Shown: positions 9,742 to 19,207 of the stretch, in pieces | Position numbering within the stretch: the stretch's first letter is position 1 | Layout of the letters: every line of letters starts with the position of its first letter | NCBI GenBank assembly: GCA_963806225.1 | Contig: CAWDXG010000004.1 | Location: 4,064,001 to 4,128,000, forward strand | Length of the DNA stretch: 64,000 bases | Direction of reading: 5' to 3' | Source of the DNA: an uncultured delta proteobacterium | Lineage (GTDB): Bacteria; Myxococcota_A; Polyangia; Polyangiales; Polyangiaceae | Program-made: the position numbers and the translations under genes | Notes under the pieces: generated by a model | What the model was told of the DNA's origin: nothing | The model's input: the letters and a program-made list of their open reading frames with translations, nothing else | Database searches by the model: none

Positions 9742-11970
9742 TCAGTGCCCGTGCAGCGTGAGCCCGCGGTACTGGAGCAGCGGCTTGATATCCGGCTTTT
9801 TGCCGTAGAAGTCCTTGAACAGCACGTCCGGCTCCTCGGTGCGGCCACGTGACAGGATCTTCGCGCGGAACTCGTCGCCGGCCTTGCGGCTGAGCCCGCC
9901 GTGCTTGTGGAACCAGGCGCCGGAGTCGCGCGCGAGCACCTCGCTCCAGATGTAGGCGTAGTACGCGGCCTGGTAGCCCTCGGTGAAGATGTGCGAGAAG
10001 TACGGCGAGTGGTAGCGCGGCGGAACAGGCGCGTACGCTACGCGGTCCTTCGTCAGCGCCTTCTTCTCGAAGTCCATCACCTTCGCGGCGGCGACCTCCG
10101 TGCCGGGCTTGAGCTGGTGCCAGGACTGGTCGAGCATCGCCGCCTCCAGGTACTCGAGCAGCGCGTAGCCCTGACCGTAGTTCTCGGACGCGATCACCTT
10201 GTCGAGCAGCGCCTTGGGCATCGGCTTGCCGGTCTTCACGTTCTTCGCGAAGTGCTTGAGCACGGCCGGTTCGCGAGCCCACATCTCGTTGAACTGGGAA
10301 GGGAACTCCACGAAATCCCGCGGCACGTCCGTGCCGGCGAGCAGCGGGTACTTGCAGTTCGAGAGCAGGCCGTGCAGCGCATGCCCGAACTCGTGGAACG
10401 CCGTGGTGACCTCGTCGAAGGTCAGGAGCGCGGGCTGACCGGGCGCCGGCTTCGGGATGTTGAGGTTGTTGATGATCACGGGCTTTTCGTCGAGCAGCGT
10501 GGACTGCTGGACGAAAGCGTCCATCCAGGCGCCGCCGTTCTTGTTGTCGCGCTTGAAGTAGTCGAGCAGGATCAGGCCGAGGAGCGAGCCGTCGGCGTCG
10601 TGGACCTCGAACACGCGCACGTCCGGCTGGTAGACGGGCAGGTCGTGCCGCTCCTTGAACGTGAGCCCGTACAGCTCGTGGGCTGCGTAGAAGACGCCGT
10701 CCTTCAGCACGTGGTTCAGCTCGAAGTACGGCTTCACCTCGGCCTGGTCGAAGTTGTACTTCGCCTTCTTCACCTCGGCGGCGTAGTGCGCCCAGTCCCA
10801 CGGCTGGAGCTTGATCGGCTTCTCCTTCGCGGCCTTCGCGTCCTTGTCGATCTGCTGCTGGATCTCGCGGGCCTCGCTCTTGGCCTTCGCGAGCGCCACA
10901 GGAGCGAGCTGCCGCAGGATACGGTTGACCGCCTTCGGCGTCTTGGCGGTCTCCTCCGCCAGCGAGTACGCCGCGTAGCTCTTGTAGCCGAGGAGCTTCG
11001 CCTTCTGCTCGCGGAGCTTGATGATCGTCGAGATGACCGACGTGTTGTCGGCGTCACCGCCCTGGCAGCGTGAGCTGGACGCGTCGAATATCTTCTTCCG
11101 GAGCGCGCGGTTCTTCATCTGCTCGAGCGGCGGCTGGATCGTCGTGTTCTGCAGCGTGATCACCCACTTGCCGCTCGACTTGCGCGCCTTGGCGGCCTGG
11201 GCGGCTGCGCCGATCTGCTCGGGCGACAGCCCGTCGAGCTGCTTCTGGTCCTCGACCACGACCGCGCCGTCCTTGGTCGCCTTGAGCACGTTCTGGCGGA
11301 ATTTCGTCTGGAGCGACGAGAGCTGCTTGTTGATGTCCTTGAGCTTGGTCTTGTCGGCGGGCGACAGCTTCGCGCCGGCGCGCACGAACATCTCCTCGTA
11401 GCGATTCAGGAGCTGCGCCGACTCGGGGTCGAGCTTGAGCTTGTCCTTCTGCTTGTACACGGCGTCCACGCGCGCGAACAGCTTGGGGTCGAGCAGGATC
11501 GTGTCCTCGTGCGCCGACAGCTTCGGCGACATCTCGGTGTCGATCTTCTTCATCGCGTCGTCGGTGTTGGAGGCGTTCAGGTTGTCGAACGTCCGCTCCA
11601 CGCGCGTGAGGAGCCGGCCGGTCTTCTCCATCGCGACGATGGTGTTTTCAAACGTCGGCGGCGACTTGTCGCTCGCGATCGCCGCCACCTCCTTCAGCTG
11701 CTTCGCCATCCCCGCTTCGAACGCGGGCACGAAGTCCGAGTCCTTGATCTTGTCGAACTGGGGGAAGTGGAGCGGGAGAGGACTCGGCTCCAGAAGTGGG
11801 TTCTCGTGTGGCTTGGGCGCGGCCGCCGCCTGGGCCGAGGCCGCGGACGCGGCGGGCGGGGGAGCGGGATTGGCGGGGGGCACGCTGCTGTTCGGGTGGG
11901 GGCCGCAGGCCGTCAGGCCGAGGGCGAGCGAGAAGGCGAGAATCGAGTGATGCCGTTGCACGGGCGGCAT
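9742..11970 (-). CDS. dcp: M3 family metallopeptidase (peptidyl-dipeptidase Dcp-like), lipoprotein
   Basis: Lipobox LTAC; NPLL; GGAWM; FHEFGHALH; RDFVEFPSQ; YFSHIF; YYAYIWSEVL. Confidence 0.93.
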   Translation of the reverse strand: MPPVQRHHSILAFSLALGLTACGPHPNSSVPPANPAPPPAASAASAQAAAAPKPHENPLLEPSPLPLHFPQFDKIKDSDFVPAFEAGMAKQLKEVAAIASDKSPPTFENTIVAMEKTGRLLTRVERTFDNLNASNTDDAMKKIDTEMSPKLSAHEDTILLDPKLFARVDAVYKQKDKLKLDPESAQLLNRYEEMFVRAGAKLSPADKTKLKDINKQLSSLQTKFRQNVLKATKDGAVVVEDQKQLDGLSPEQIGAAAQAAKARKSSGKWVITLQNTTIQPPLEQMKNRALRKKIFDASSSRCQGGDADNTSVISTIIKLREQKAKLLGYKSYAAYSLAEETAKTPKAVNRILRQLAPVALAKAKSEAREIQQQIDKDAKAAKEKPIKLQPWDWAHYAAEVKKAKYNFDQAEVKPYFELNHVLKDGVFYAAHELYGLTFKERHDLPVYQPDVRVFEVHDADGSLLGLILLDYFKRDNKNGGAWMDAFVQQSTLLDEKPVIINNLNIPKPAPGQPALLTFDEVTTAFHEFGHALHGLLSNCKYPLLAGTDVPRDFVEFPSQFNEMWAREPAVLKHFAKNVKTGKPMPKALLDKVIASENYGQGYALLEYLEAAMLDQSWHQLKPGTEVAAAKVMDFEKKALTKDRVAYAPVPPRYHSPYFSHIFTEGYQAAYYAYIWSEVLARDSGAWFHKHGGLSRKAGDEFRAKILSRGRTEEPDVLFKDFYGKKPDIKPLLQYRGLTLHGH

Positions 11971-12120
11971 TCAACGCCGTTGTCGTCGGCAGTCAAGTCG
12001 TGAGGGCGGGAACGGCGGATCCGGGGCCGCCGCTGCCGAATGGCGCCGGGGCGCGGCGACGGTCCACCTGATAGGATCCGCCGCGTGAGCCAGGGAAGAG
12101 CCGATGCGGGAGGTGCGTAG

Positions 12121-13101
12121 ATGCGGTCACCGGTCCGGGTCATGTCTCTATCGCGCGCCATCCTGCTGGCCATCACGCTGCTTCCGGCGTGCGGCATCGT
12201 GAAGATCACCTATCCGAAGGACAAGCAGGCCGCCGCGGTGGAGGCCCCCCGCGATGCTCCCGAAACCCAGGAGCAGATGGAAGATCGCCTCGACCGCGAG
12301 TACTTCGGCGAGTCGTCGAAGCTGCTGGACCAGGCCGACGCGGCGCTGACCGCCGGTGACGAGGACAAGGCGCTGGACCTCGCCACCCAGGCGCGGAAGA
12401 AGGTCGACGAGGAATATCGCGCCGAGCCCACCCATGCGGTCCAGGTCTCGGATGCGCTGCGTCGGGTGGACGCGCTCGCGATCATGCTCCAGGGCAGCGC
12501 CGCGCACGCGGCCGGCAAGGATATCGAAGCGCTGCTCGCGCTGGGCCCCTCCAAGTACGATCCGCGAAGCTGCCCGCTCGCGATCCGCAATCGCTGCAGC
12601 GACTACGGGGAGTGGCTCGCGAAAACGTTCCCGAACGTGATCCACAGCCCCGACTACGTCGAGATCGCGACGACGAGCGGGCCGTACCCGCGCGATCTGG
12701 ACACGCTGCTCATGGCGGTCAACGATCGCATGATCAAGCCGATGAAGGGTTACGTCGCCATCGCCATCGAGGAGACGTCGCGCAAGGGCGCGGGCAAGGG
12801 CCGCGCGATCGTGCGCATCGACGGCAAGACGGCGCACGACAGCTACGAGCAATGCAACAAGGTCGGCACCGCGCGCATCGGCGGCAGCGACTTCGACGTG
12901 AAGCGCTGCCACCAGCACGGCTTCGTCGCTCCGCGCGCGAACCTCGTCGTCCACGTGCCCGCCGACGACGCCGCGGCCCTCACCGGTCAGCGCGGCGAGC
13001 GCGCCATCATCGTGTTCGACTCCAGAAACTGGCACCACGCCGGCAACACCTGGACCATCAAGGACGCGCGCATCGCGTACGTACAGCCGCCGCCGCGCTG
13101 A
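12121..13101 (+). CDS. Hypothetical lipoprotein
   Basis: Lipobox LLPAC; GGAGG RBS; strong codon bias. Confidence 0.7.
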   Translation: MRSPVRVMSLSRAILLAITLLPACGIVKITYPKDKQAAAVEAPRDAPETQEQMEDRLDREYFGESSKLLDQADAALTAGDEDKALDLATQARKKVDEEYRAEPTHAVQVSDALRRVDALAIMLQGSAAHAAGKDIEALLALGPSKYDPRSCPLAIRNRCSDYGEWLAKTFPNVIHSPDYVEIATTSGPYPRDLDTLLMAVNDRMIKPMKGYVAIAIEETSRKGAGKGRAIVRIDGKTAHDSYEQCNKVGTARIGGSDFDVKRCHQHGFVAPRANLVVHVPADDAAALTGQRGERAIIVFDSRNWHHAGNTWTIKDARIAYVQPPPR

Positions 13102-13143
13102 CTCCGCGACGCGCGAAGGCGCTTCGAGCTCGCGCTGTCGTTG

Positions 13144-13926
13144 TCAGAACCTCAGGACAATCGAGTTCTTCACGTCAACGTCCGTGGTGCGGACGCCCAG
13201 GGGAACGCGGCTCTCGTAGCGCACGCTGGAGGAGATCTGCGTGTGCAGGACCGGGGTCACCTTGAAATCGAGCCCGGTGACGCTGAGCAGGTGGTAGTCG
13301 CTGAAATCGTCGAAGCGCGGCTGGTAGTACGTGGTGTTGGTGAGCTGGACGCGCTGGCCCGCCTGGTAGCCCAGAGCGACGTAGTTGCTCCAGCGATGCG
13401 CGATGGTCGAGCGGCTGCTGCCGGCGATTTCGGCGTTGAGCCGCGTCCGCTCGAGCATGTACGCGGTGCCGTAGTAGATACTCACCTGCTTGCCTTGCAG
13501 GAGCCCGAAGCGCGGCCCTGTGCCGACCAGCTCGCGATCCTGGATACGGCGGAAGTTGTCGTTCTCGATCTGCGTGAACACCTCGGCCCAGAGCCAGTTC
13601 AGGATCTCGTAGTTGTAGCGGAGGTGCGCGAAGGACTTGTCGACGAGCAGCGATCCGTTGATGCGCGAGTAGTTGCCGGTCGCGTTCAGGAACAAAAGAT
13701 GCGGCCCGCCTCCCACCCCGAACAGCATTCCAGCCCCGGCCGTGATGCCCTCGGTGTTGCCCGTACTGCCCTCGATGGAGCCCTGCACGCTGCCGCTGAA
13801 ACCCTGCGCCTTGACCTGCCGGCGCAGCGGTTCGACGTTCACCTGGGCTCTGGCAGTCGACGCGATGAACACGACGGCGGCGAACGCGGCCGTCGCCCGC
13901 CACGGGGAAGCTCCGGACCATGACAT
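13144..13926 (-). CDS. DUF481-like outer-membrane beta-barrel protein
   Basis: Signal peptide ARA-Q; STGNT motif; amphipathic strands; terminal Phe (IVLRF). Confidence 0.8.
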   Translation of the reverse strand: MSWSGASPWRATAAFAAVVFIASTARAQVNVEPLRRQVKAQGFSGSVQGSIEGSTGNTEGITAGAGMLFGVGGGPHLLFLNATGNYSRINGSLLVDKSFAHLRYNYEILNWLWAEVFTQIENDNFRRIQDRELVGTGPRFGLLQGKQVSIYYGTAYMLERTRLNAEIAGSSRSTIAHRWSNYVALGYQAGQRVQLTNTTYYQPRFDDFSDYHLLSVTGLDFKVTPVLHTQISSSVRYESRVPLGVRTTDVDVKNSIVLRF

Positions 13927-13956
13927 GGGAGCCTCCTAGCACACGGCGGGCCGCGC

Positions 13957-15933
13957 TCAGCGGCGGCGCCGGCGGACCAGACCGGCCGCGCCTAGCGCGC
14001 CCAGCAGCAGCGCGAGCGGTGCTGGGGTTCGCCGCGATCCGGGCAGCTCGCAGGAACAGCCGCCGGTGTCGCCGGCGTTTGCAGCATTGCCGCTGCTGCC
14101 GCCGCTGGCCGACGACCCAGCCACTCCGGCGTCACCGGTGGCGCCTCCGGCGCTCGCTCCCGCCGTGCCCGCGGCGCCGCCCGCGCCGGAGCCCGCCGTG
14201 CCGCCCGCGCCGGAGCCCGCCGTGCCGCCCGCGCCGGAGCCCGCCGTGCCGCCTGCGCCGGAGCCCGCCGCGCCGCCCGCGCCCGACGCGCCGCCCGCGC
14301 CCGACGCGCCGCCCGCGCCCGACGCCCCACCCTGGCCCCCGGTGCCTGCGTCGACGCCCGCCTGCCACGCCACCTTCAACAGCGGCAGACTCCACTGAGC
14401 GCTGACCGCGGACTTTCCGGGGCACGTGACGTAGCTGTAGTCCCAGTACCCGTTGAAGACGAAGTCGCTCTTGTCCAGCGGCGTGCCGTTCGCCTGCAGC
14501 GTGATCGTCAGGGTGCGCAGCGCGCCGACGGCGAGAGTTCCCTCGGCCACGCCCGTGCCGAGCGAACTGGCAGTGACAGGCTGCCCGTTGATGTCGCCGG
14601 TGCCGCCGTCGCTCGTGAACCCGGTCAGGGAGAGTGCCGGATCCAGCGGCAGCACAAACTGGAGATCCGCCGGCACGTCGCCGGCGTTCTTCAGCGTCGC
14701 AGTCAGTGTCAGGCTGTCGCCGGCCTTCAGCTGGGAAACGTTCGAGACCAGGGCCGAGGTCTGCCCGAAGTCCGGCGAAGTCACGTCGATGTCGAACGCC
14801 GCGAGCACCGGCACGTAGGAGTCGCCAGTGGTGATCGTGCGGATCACGGCGGACTTCTGACCGTTGGAGAGCTGCCCTTTGGCCGAGCTGACGGGCACCG
14901 TGGTCAGATCCCAGCCCTGGCGCCCGCCGCTGACGTTGGCGCCGTTCTTCGCGTCCTGGTTTTTGTTGCCGAAGCTGCCACCCGTATCGAGCTGGCCGTT
15001 CGCGTCGTTGATCTGCGAGCAGAAGAAGTTGTCCGCAGGATTGTTGGGGCCGGACAGCTGGGCAAACGAGCCACTCGCCGTCGCGCCGATCTCCAGCTGG
15101 TCGCCCGTCAGGTTCGCGTCGCCTTCGAGCGCGCTGATGACGACGCTGCCGTCCACCTGGCCGTAGGCCGGCGCGCAGAACCCGCTGACCGAGTAGTCCT
15201 GCTGGGCGTTCTCGTCGACGAAGGAGCCGCCGACGAAAATGCTCAGGTTGCGGCTGGGCATGCCCTCGCCCGAATAGGCGACCACCAATGTCCAGCCGGA
15301 AGCATTCAGGCTGTTGATGTTCATGTGCTGGGTCGCGGGTACGCCCTGCACCGCGTAGCTGGCGGCTCCGTGCTGCTTGACGAAGCTCGTCACGTCAGCG
15401 GAGCGCATGTAGTAGTTGACGGCGAAGCCCTTGACCGAGGTCTGCGCGATAGTGAGCGCTGTCGCCGGATCGGGCGACACCTGGACGGACTGCCCGCCGG
15501 CGCTCAGCGTGACCTTGTTGTCGAGGTAGGCGGTTACGTCTTCGATGTAGTTGTAGCTGCCCGCCCAGACGAGCTCGGCGTAGCGCACCTGGGAGTACTG
15601 CGGCAGGGCGAGCGTGTTCTTCGAACCGCTCTTCGTCCAGTCCCAGGTCGTACCGGCCGGCCACGGGTTGGCACCATCCAGAGGATTGTTGTCGACGCTG
15701 CTTGAATCGAGCGCGATGAACGTGCCAATCGAGTCGCGCGTGCCCGGGCCATTCTCGTTGTAGGCCTTGCTCAGGCCGAGCGTGTTGCCCGTCGCGACGA
15801 TGCCGCCGTTGGTCGTGGTCGAGAAGCGCAGCACCTGCGCTTTCGCGCTGTGCGCCATCCCCAACGCTGCCGCGATCGCCGCCGCCGAAGGGAGGAGTAC
15901 ACGAGCCGCCCGGGGAAGGATGCGCCAAGCCAT
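13957..15933 (-). CDS. Secreted surface protein with MYXO-CTERM-like sorting signal and Gly/Ala linker
   Basis: Signal peptide AKA-Q; beta-rich body starting RFSTTTNGGIVATGNTLGLSK; C-terminus GGCSC...LALLLGALGAAGLVRRRRR. Confidence 0.85.
   Translation of the reverse strand: MAWRILPRAARVLLPSAAAIAAALGMAHSAKAQVLRFSTTTNGGIVATGNTLGLSKAYNENGPGTRDSIGTFIALDSSSVDNNPLDGANPWPAGTTWDWTKSGSKNTLALPQYSQVRYAELVWAGSYNYIEDVTAYLDNKVTLSAGGQSVQVSPDPATALTIAQTSVKGFAVNYYMRSADVTSFVKQHGAASYAVQGVPATQHMNINSLNASGWTLVVAYSGEGMPSRNLSIFVGGSFVDENAQQDYSVSGFCAPAYGQVDGSVVISALEGDANLTGDQLEIGATASGSFAQLSGPNNPADNFFCSQINDANGQLDTGGSFGNKNQDAKNGANVSGGRQGWDLTTVPVSSAKGQLSNGQKSAVIRTITTGDSYVPVLAAFDIDVTSPDFGQTSALVSNVSQLKAGDSLTLTATLKNAGDVPADLQFVLPLDPALSLTGFTSDGGTGDINGQPVTASSLGTGVAEGTLAVGALRTLTITLQANGTPLDKSDFVFNGYWDYSYVTCPGKSAVSAQWSLPLLKVAWQAGVDAGTGGQGGASGAGGASGAGGASGAGGAAGSGAGGTAGSGAGGTAGSGAGGTAGSGAGGAAGTAGASAGGATGDAGVAGSSASGGSSGNAANAGDTGGCSCELPGSRRTPAPLALLLGALGAAGLVRRRRR
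14160..14326. repeat. Coding tandem repeats (24-bp unit GTAGSGAG, about 4 copies; 18-bp unit GASGAG, 3 copies)
   Basis: gccgcccgcgccggagcccgccgt and gccgcccgcgcccgacgc repeated. Confidence 0.85.
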
Positions 15934-16040
15934 GGCCGGCGAGCATATCAGGCGCCTGCAACGAGACCCGCCCGTTGCCACGCCCGGATCCGCTGTGACT
16001 AGAACCGGGAACCGCTTGTTCCCGACAGCCGGCTGCCGCC

Positions 16041-17339
16041 CTAGAACGCGTACGACAGCGTGCCGCCGCCGCTGGGGCCGCCGCTGGTGGACTTGCGGGC
16101 CTGGTAGCCGCCGCGTGCCGCCACGGTGAAGCCTTGGCCGAGGTTCACGCCGATCTGCCCGATCAGGCGCACGCCGTACTTGTCTGCGTGGGGCATGTCG
16201 CTCACCTCGACGATGGGCGCGATGACAACGCGGTCGCTGGCGCGGATATCGAGCTCGCTGTAGAAGCGCGTGCCGAACACCTGGATGGCCTCGAATCCGA
16301 GCTTGAGCTTCGAGCCATACGGGTCGCCGATGAGCAGCGCGCCACCGCCGCCGACGGAGAAGCCGACCTCGGTAACGCTCGTCAGGAACTCGCCTTCCAG
16401 GTGCCAGTTGTCGGCGAGGCGGAACTGCACAGTCGGTGCGCCGTAGTTCAACCCGACCTTCGAGCGCTCCGAAAGGCTCTTGCCCTTGTTCGCCTCGGTG
16501 TCGATCGCGACCGGCGAGCGACCGCGCACCACGCCCGCACGCAGGCTGAACTCGCTCACCACGCGCAGCGGCCGGTACGTGTACGAGCCCTCGATGCGGT
16601 AGTAGTAGTCCTTCACCTGCACCGGCGTCGTGATGCCGGTGGTCGGATCCGTCTCGGTCGCGTCACTCTGACCGAAGGACACGTACTCGGCACCGGCCTT
16701 GAACACGGAGCGGCGGTTTTCCAGCCGCTGGGACAGCGCGCGCTCGCGCACGTCCATCAGATCCTCGGGGACCTCGACGCGGTGCATGTTGGGGCGCGAC
16801 GCGAACACCGTCTGCCGGCTGCCGTCGAGTTCTTCGATCTCGATCGTGTAGGAAAGCGCCGGCCAGCGCACGTCGGACGCGGGAATGATCGCCACGTACG
16901 GACCTTCCGAGCCGCGGCGGAACTTCACCTGGTGAAGCGCAGGATCGGCACCGATGCGGTAGACGAGCAGCGCCTGCTTGACCAGCTGCGGGTTGTCGAT
17001 GGAGGCGCGGACAACCAGCGGCTTGTGCGCGGGCGCAACGGAGACCGGGTGGTGGTGCAGGCGCGGGCCGAGCGGCGCCGGCGCCTTCTGCTGCTTTTCG
17101 GTGTCCGGCTCCGGCGTCGCCGGCACGCCAGCGGACTTCTCGTCGCTCATCTTCTGTCCGGCGTCAGGCTGTGCGGCGCCTCCCGCGGCGGGCGCCGCGG
17201 CCTTTGCGTCTGGCGGAGCGGCCGCAGGCGCGGCCTGGGCGGCCTTGTCGTGCGACTTCGGCTGGGCCAGAGCCACGCAGGGCAGCGAGACGAGTGCCAC
17301 GACGACTGCGCTCGAGACGAGCTTGTGCGGCGTCACCAT
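16041..17339 (-). CDS. Hypothetical exported protein with probable C-terminal beta-barrel
   Basis: Signal peptide ALA-Q; Ig-like middle region; ends AARGGYQAR...GGTLSYAF. Confidence 0.75.
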   Translation of the reverse strand: MVTPHKLVSSAVVVALVSLPCVALAQPKSHDKAAQAAPAAAPPDAKAAAPAAGGAAQPDAGQKMSDEKSAGVPATPEPDTEKQQKAPAPLGPRLHHHPVSVAPAHKPLVVRASIDNPQLVKQALLVYRIGADPALHQVKFRRGSEGPYVAIIPASDVRWPALSYTIEIEELDGSRQTVFASRPNMHRVEVPEDLMDVRERALSQRLENRRSVFKAGAEYVSFGQSDATETDPTTGITTPVQVKDYYYRIEGSYTYRPLRVVSEFSLRAGVVRGRSPVAIDTEANKGKSLSERSKVGLNYGAPTVQFRLADNWHLEGEFLTSVTEVGFSVGGGGALLIGDPYGSKLKLGFEAIQVFGTRFYSELDIRASDRVVIAPIVEVSDMPHADKYGVRLIGQIGVNLGQGFTVAARGGYQARKSTSGGPSGGGTLSYAF

Positions 17340-19045
17340 GTGTAGCTCAACGCTCCCCCGAGGCCGGGACCCGCGTGGTTGATGGTTCGGCCCTGGTACG
17401 AGCCGCGTGCTGCCACCACCAGCCCGGGCAGGACGCGGTATCCCACCTGGGCAATGGCGCGCACGCCTACGTCGCTCTGCGACTGGGAGATGTCGGCGGG
17501 CGCGGTGCCCGGCACCGCGGGACGCAACTTGGCCTCGTCGTGCTGCGCGAAGCCCGCTGGCTGGTTGGTCACCTCCGTGCGGAACATGATCGGCACCTTC
17601 TCGAAGCTGTTCAGGTCGAGCTCGGTGATACCGCGCAGGCCGACCCCGCCGAGGATCTCGCCGCCGATCATCAGATTGGTCTTCTTGTCGTTGCCGATGC
17701 GGATCAGCGCCTGGGTGCCGCCGGTCACGCCCTGGTCTTCCAGACCGATCACTCCCCGTCCGATGAGCGACACGAACGAGCTGATGCCGAACTCGCCCTC
17801 GATGTAGCCGTACGTCAGCCCGACCTTGCGCGCGGTCTTGCCGAGGTTGTCGAGGTCGTCGAGCGAGCCGCCCACGCCGCGGTACACGCCGAAGCCCGTG
17901 CGTACCGCACGCACGCCAACGTCATCGAGCCGCATCCCGACCGAGCCCTCGGTCTGCCAGGCGTGGTCGTTGTGCTTCCAGTTGTTGTAGTCGGCGTAGT
18001 CGGTGAGGATCGTCACGTTCGCTTCGTGACGCTTGGGAGGCTTCGGCGTCGGGATCGCGTGCACCGTCACCTTGTTCGGCGTGTCGGCATCGCCGACGAT
18101 GGGGATCGCGACCCCGGCCGCGTTCGTCGCTTCGATGAAGTACTCGAGCTCCGGCGCCCGCACGCGATCCGCCGGGATCGTGACGGTGTAGTAGCCCTTG
18201 CCGACCGCCTGCATGGGCGTCGAGCCGTAGGCTACCTCGCCCCGGTTGCGCGAATGGAACACGGCGCCTGTCGCGGGCCCAGCCACTTCCACTCCGAACG
18301 AGATCGGCAGGTGATCCAGCGCCTCGTCCGGCGGCTTGAAACCACCGAGCCGAGGGCGCGGCGCGGCGGACGAAGTGCTGGTGTTCTCGAGCTGGATGAG
18401 CTTGCGGAGCTGCTGGGCTTCCTCGTACAGCACCACCGCGAAGCGACTGTGCGGGTGCTTGCGCACGTAGTCCTCGCAGCGGATGATGCGCGTGGTCGGG
18501 TTGGCGCCACGCAGCGACTCGAACATTTCGGAAACCTCGGCGGCTTCGGGATCCAGCGGTTTTCCTTGTGCGGCCGACGAGGGCGGCGCCTGCGGCGCTG
18601 CGGGCTTTCTAGAGGGGGAAGGCGAGACCGCCGCCGGCATGCGCCACAGGATCACCACGTCGCCCGGCTGCGGCTTGCGCTGGAGCGAGCCCTCCGGCTT
18701 CGCGAGCGAAAGCTTGTCGCGCACCTGGGTGAGCTTCAGCGATCCGATCCGGAAGCGATCGGTGATGATCTTTCCGGTCACCGGGTGCTTCAGCTTGAGC
18801 GGCCGCCACAGCTCGACTTCATCACCGTCGTGGGCGCCGCGGTCTCCCGCGATGTCCACGACGATGTCGCCGTGAGACAGTTCCACCACGTAGCCGTGCA
18901 CCGACCGCGGCTGGTCCTGGGCCGCCTTGGGCGGCGCGCCCAGTGCCTGGCTCACGCCGCCGGCGCCCAGTGCCAGGACAGCCGCAAGTGCGCCGACTAC
19001 CGCCCTATGTCGAACCCTCCGCGTCACGGCGCAGGGCAATTGCAA
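17333..19045 (-). CDS. Hypothetical exported protein, paralogue of the downstream gene (FlgT_C-like N-domain, probable C-terminal beta-barrel)
   Basis: Signal peptide; GYVVELSHGDIVVDI...GDEVELWR; ends AARGSYQGR...GGALSYTW; true start uncertain. Confidence 0.75.
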   Translation of the reverse strand: MQLPCAVTRRVRHRAVVGALAAVLALGAGGVSQALGAPPKAAQDQPRSVHGYVVELSHGDIVVDIAGDRGAHDGDEVELWRPLKLKHPVTGKIITDRFRIGSLKLTQVRDKLSLAKPEGSLQRKPQPGDVVILWRMPAAVSPSPSRKPAAPQAPPSSAAQGKPLDPEAAEVSEMFESLRGANPTTRIIRCEDYVRKHPHSRFAVVLYEEAQQLRKLIQLENTSTSSAAPRPRLGGFKPPDEALDHLPISFGVEVAGPATGAVFHSRNRGEVAYGSTPMQAVGKGYYTVTIPADRVRAPELEYFIEATNAAGVAIPIVGDADTPNKVTVHAIPTPKPPKRHEANVTILTDYADYNNWKHNDHAWQTEGSVGMRLDDVGVRAVRTGFGVYRGVGGSLDDLDNLGKTARKVGLTYGYIEGEFGISSFVSLIGRGVIGLEDQGVTGGTQALIRIGNDKKTNLMIGGEILGGVGLRGITELDLNSFEKVPIMFRTEVTNQPAGFAQHDEAKLRPAVPGTAPADISQSQSDVGVRAIAQVGYRVLPGLVVAARGSYQGRTINHAGPGLGGALSYTW

Positions 19046-19207
19046 GCGCCGGACCAGGGCGGAAATCAGCCAATACGCTGGAAATCCCGCCGATCAAGTG
19101 TGACTCCAGCACCACGGCTGCGTAGTGGTTCTACCACTTGTGTGCCTGGACGATACGCGGCGCGCAGCCGCGTACGCGGACGGGTGTCCAGGCTTTTGCG
19201 AGGGGTG

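Noticed and set aside
14160..14326. Tandem 24-bp and 18-bp repeats as a possible CRISPR array
   Set aside because: Head-to-tail with no unique spacers, unit lengths are multiples of 3, they encode a Gly/Ala linker, and no cas genes are present
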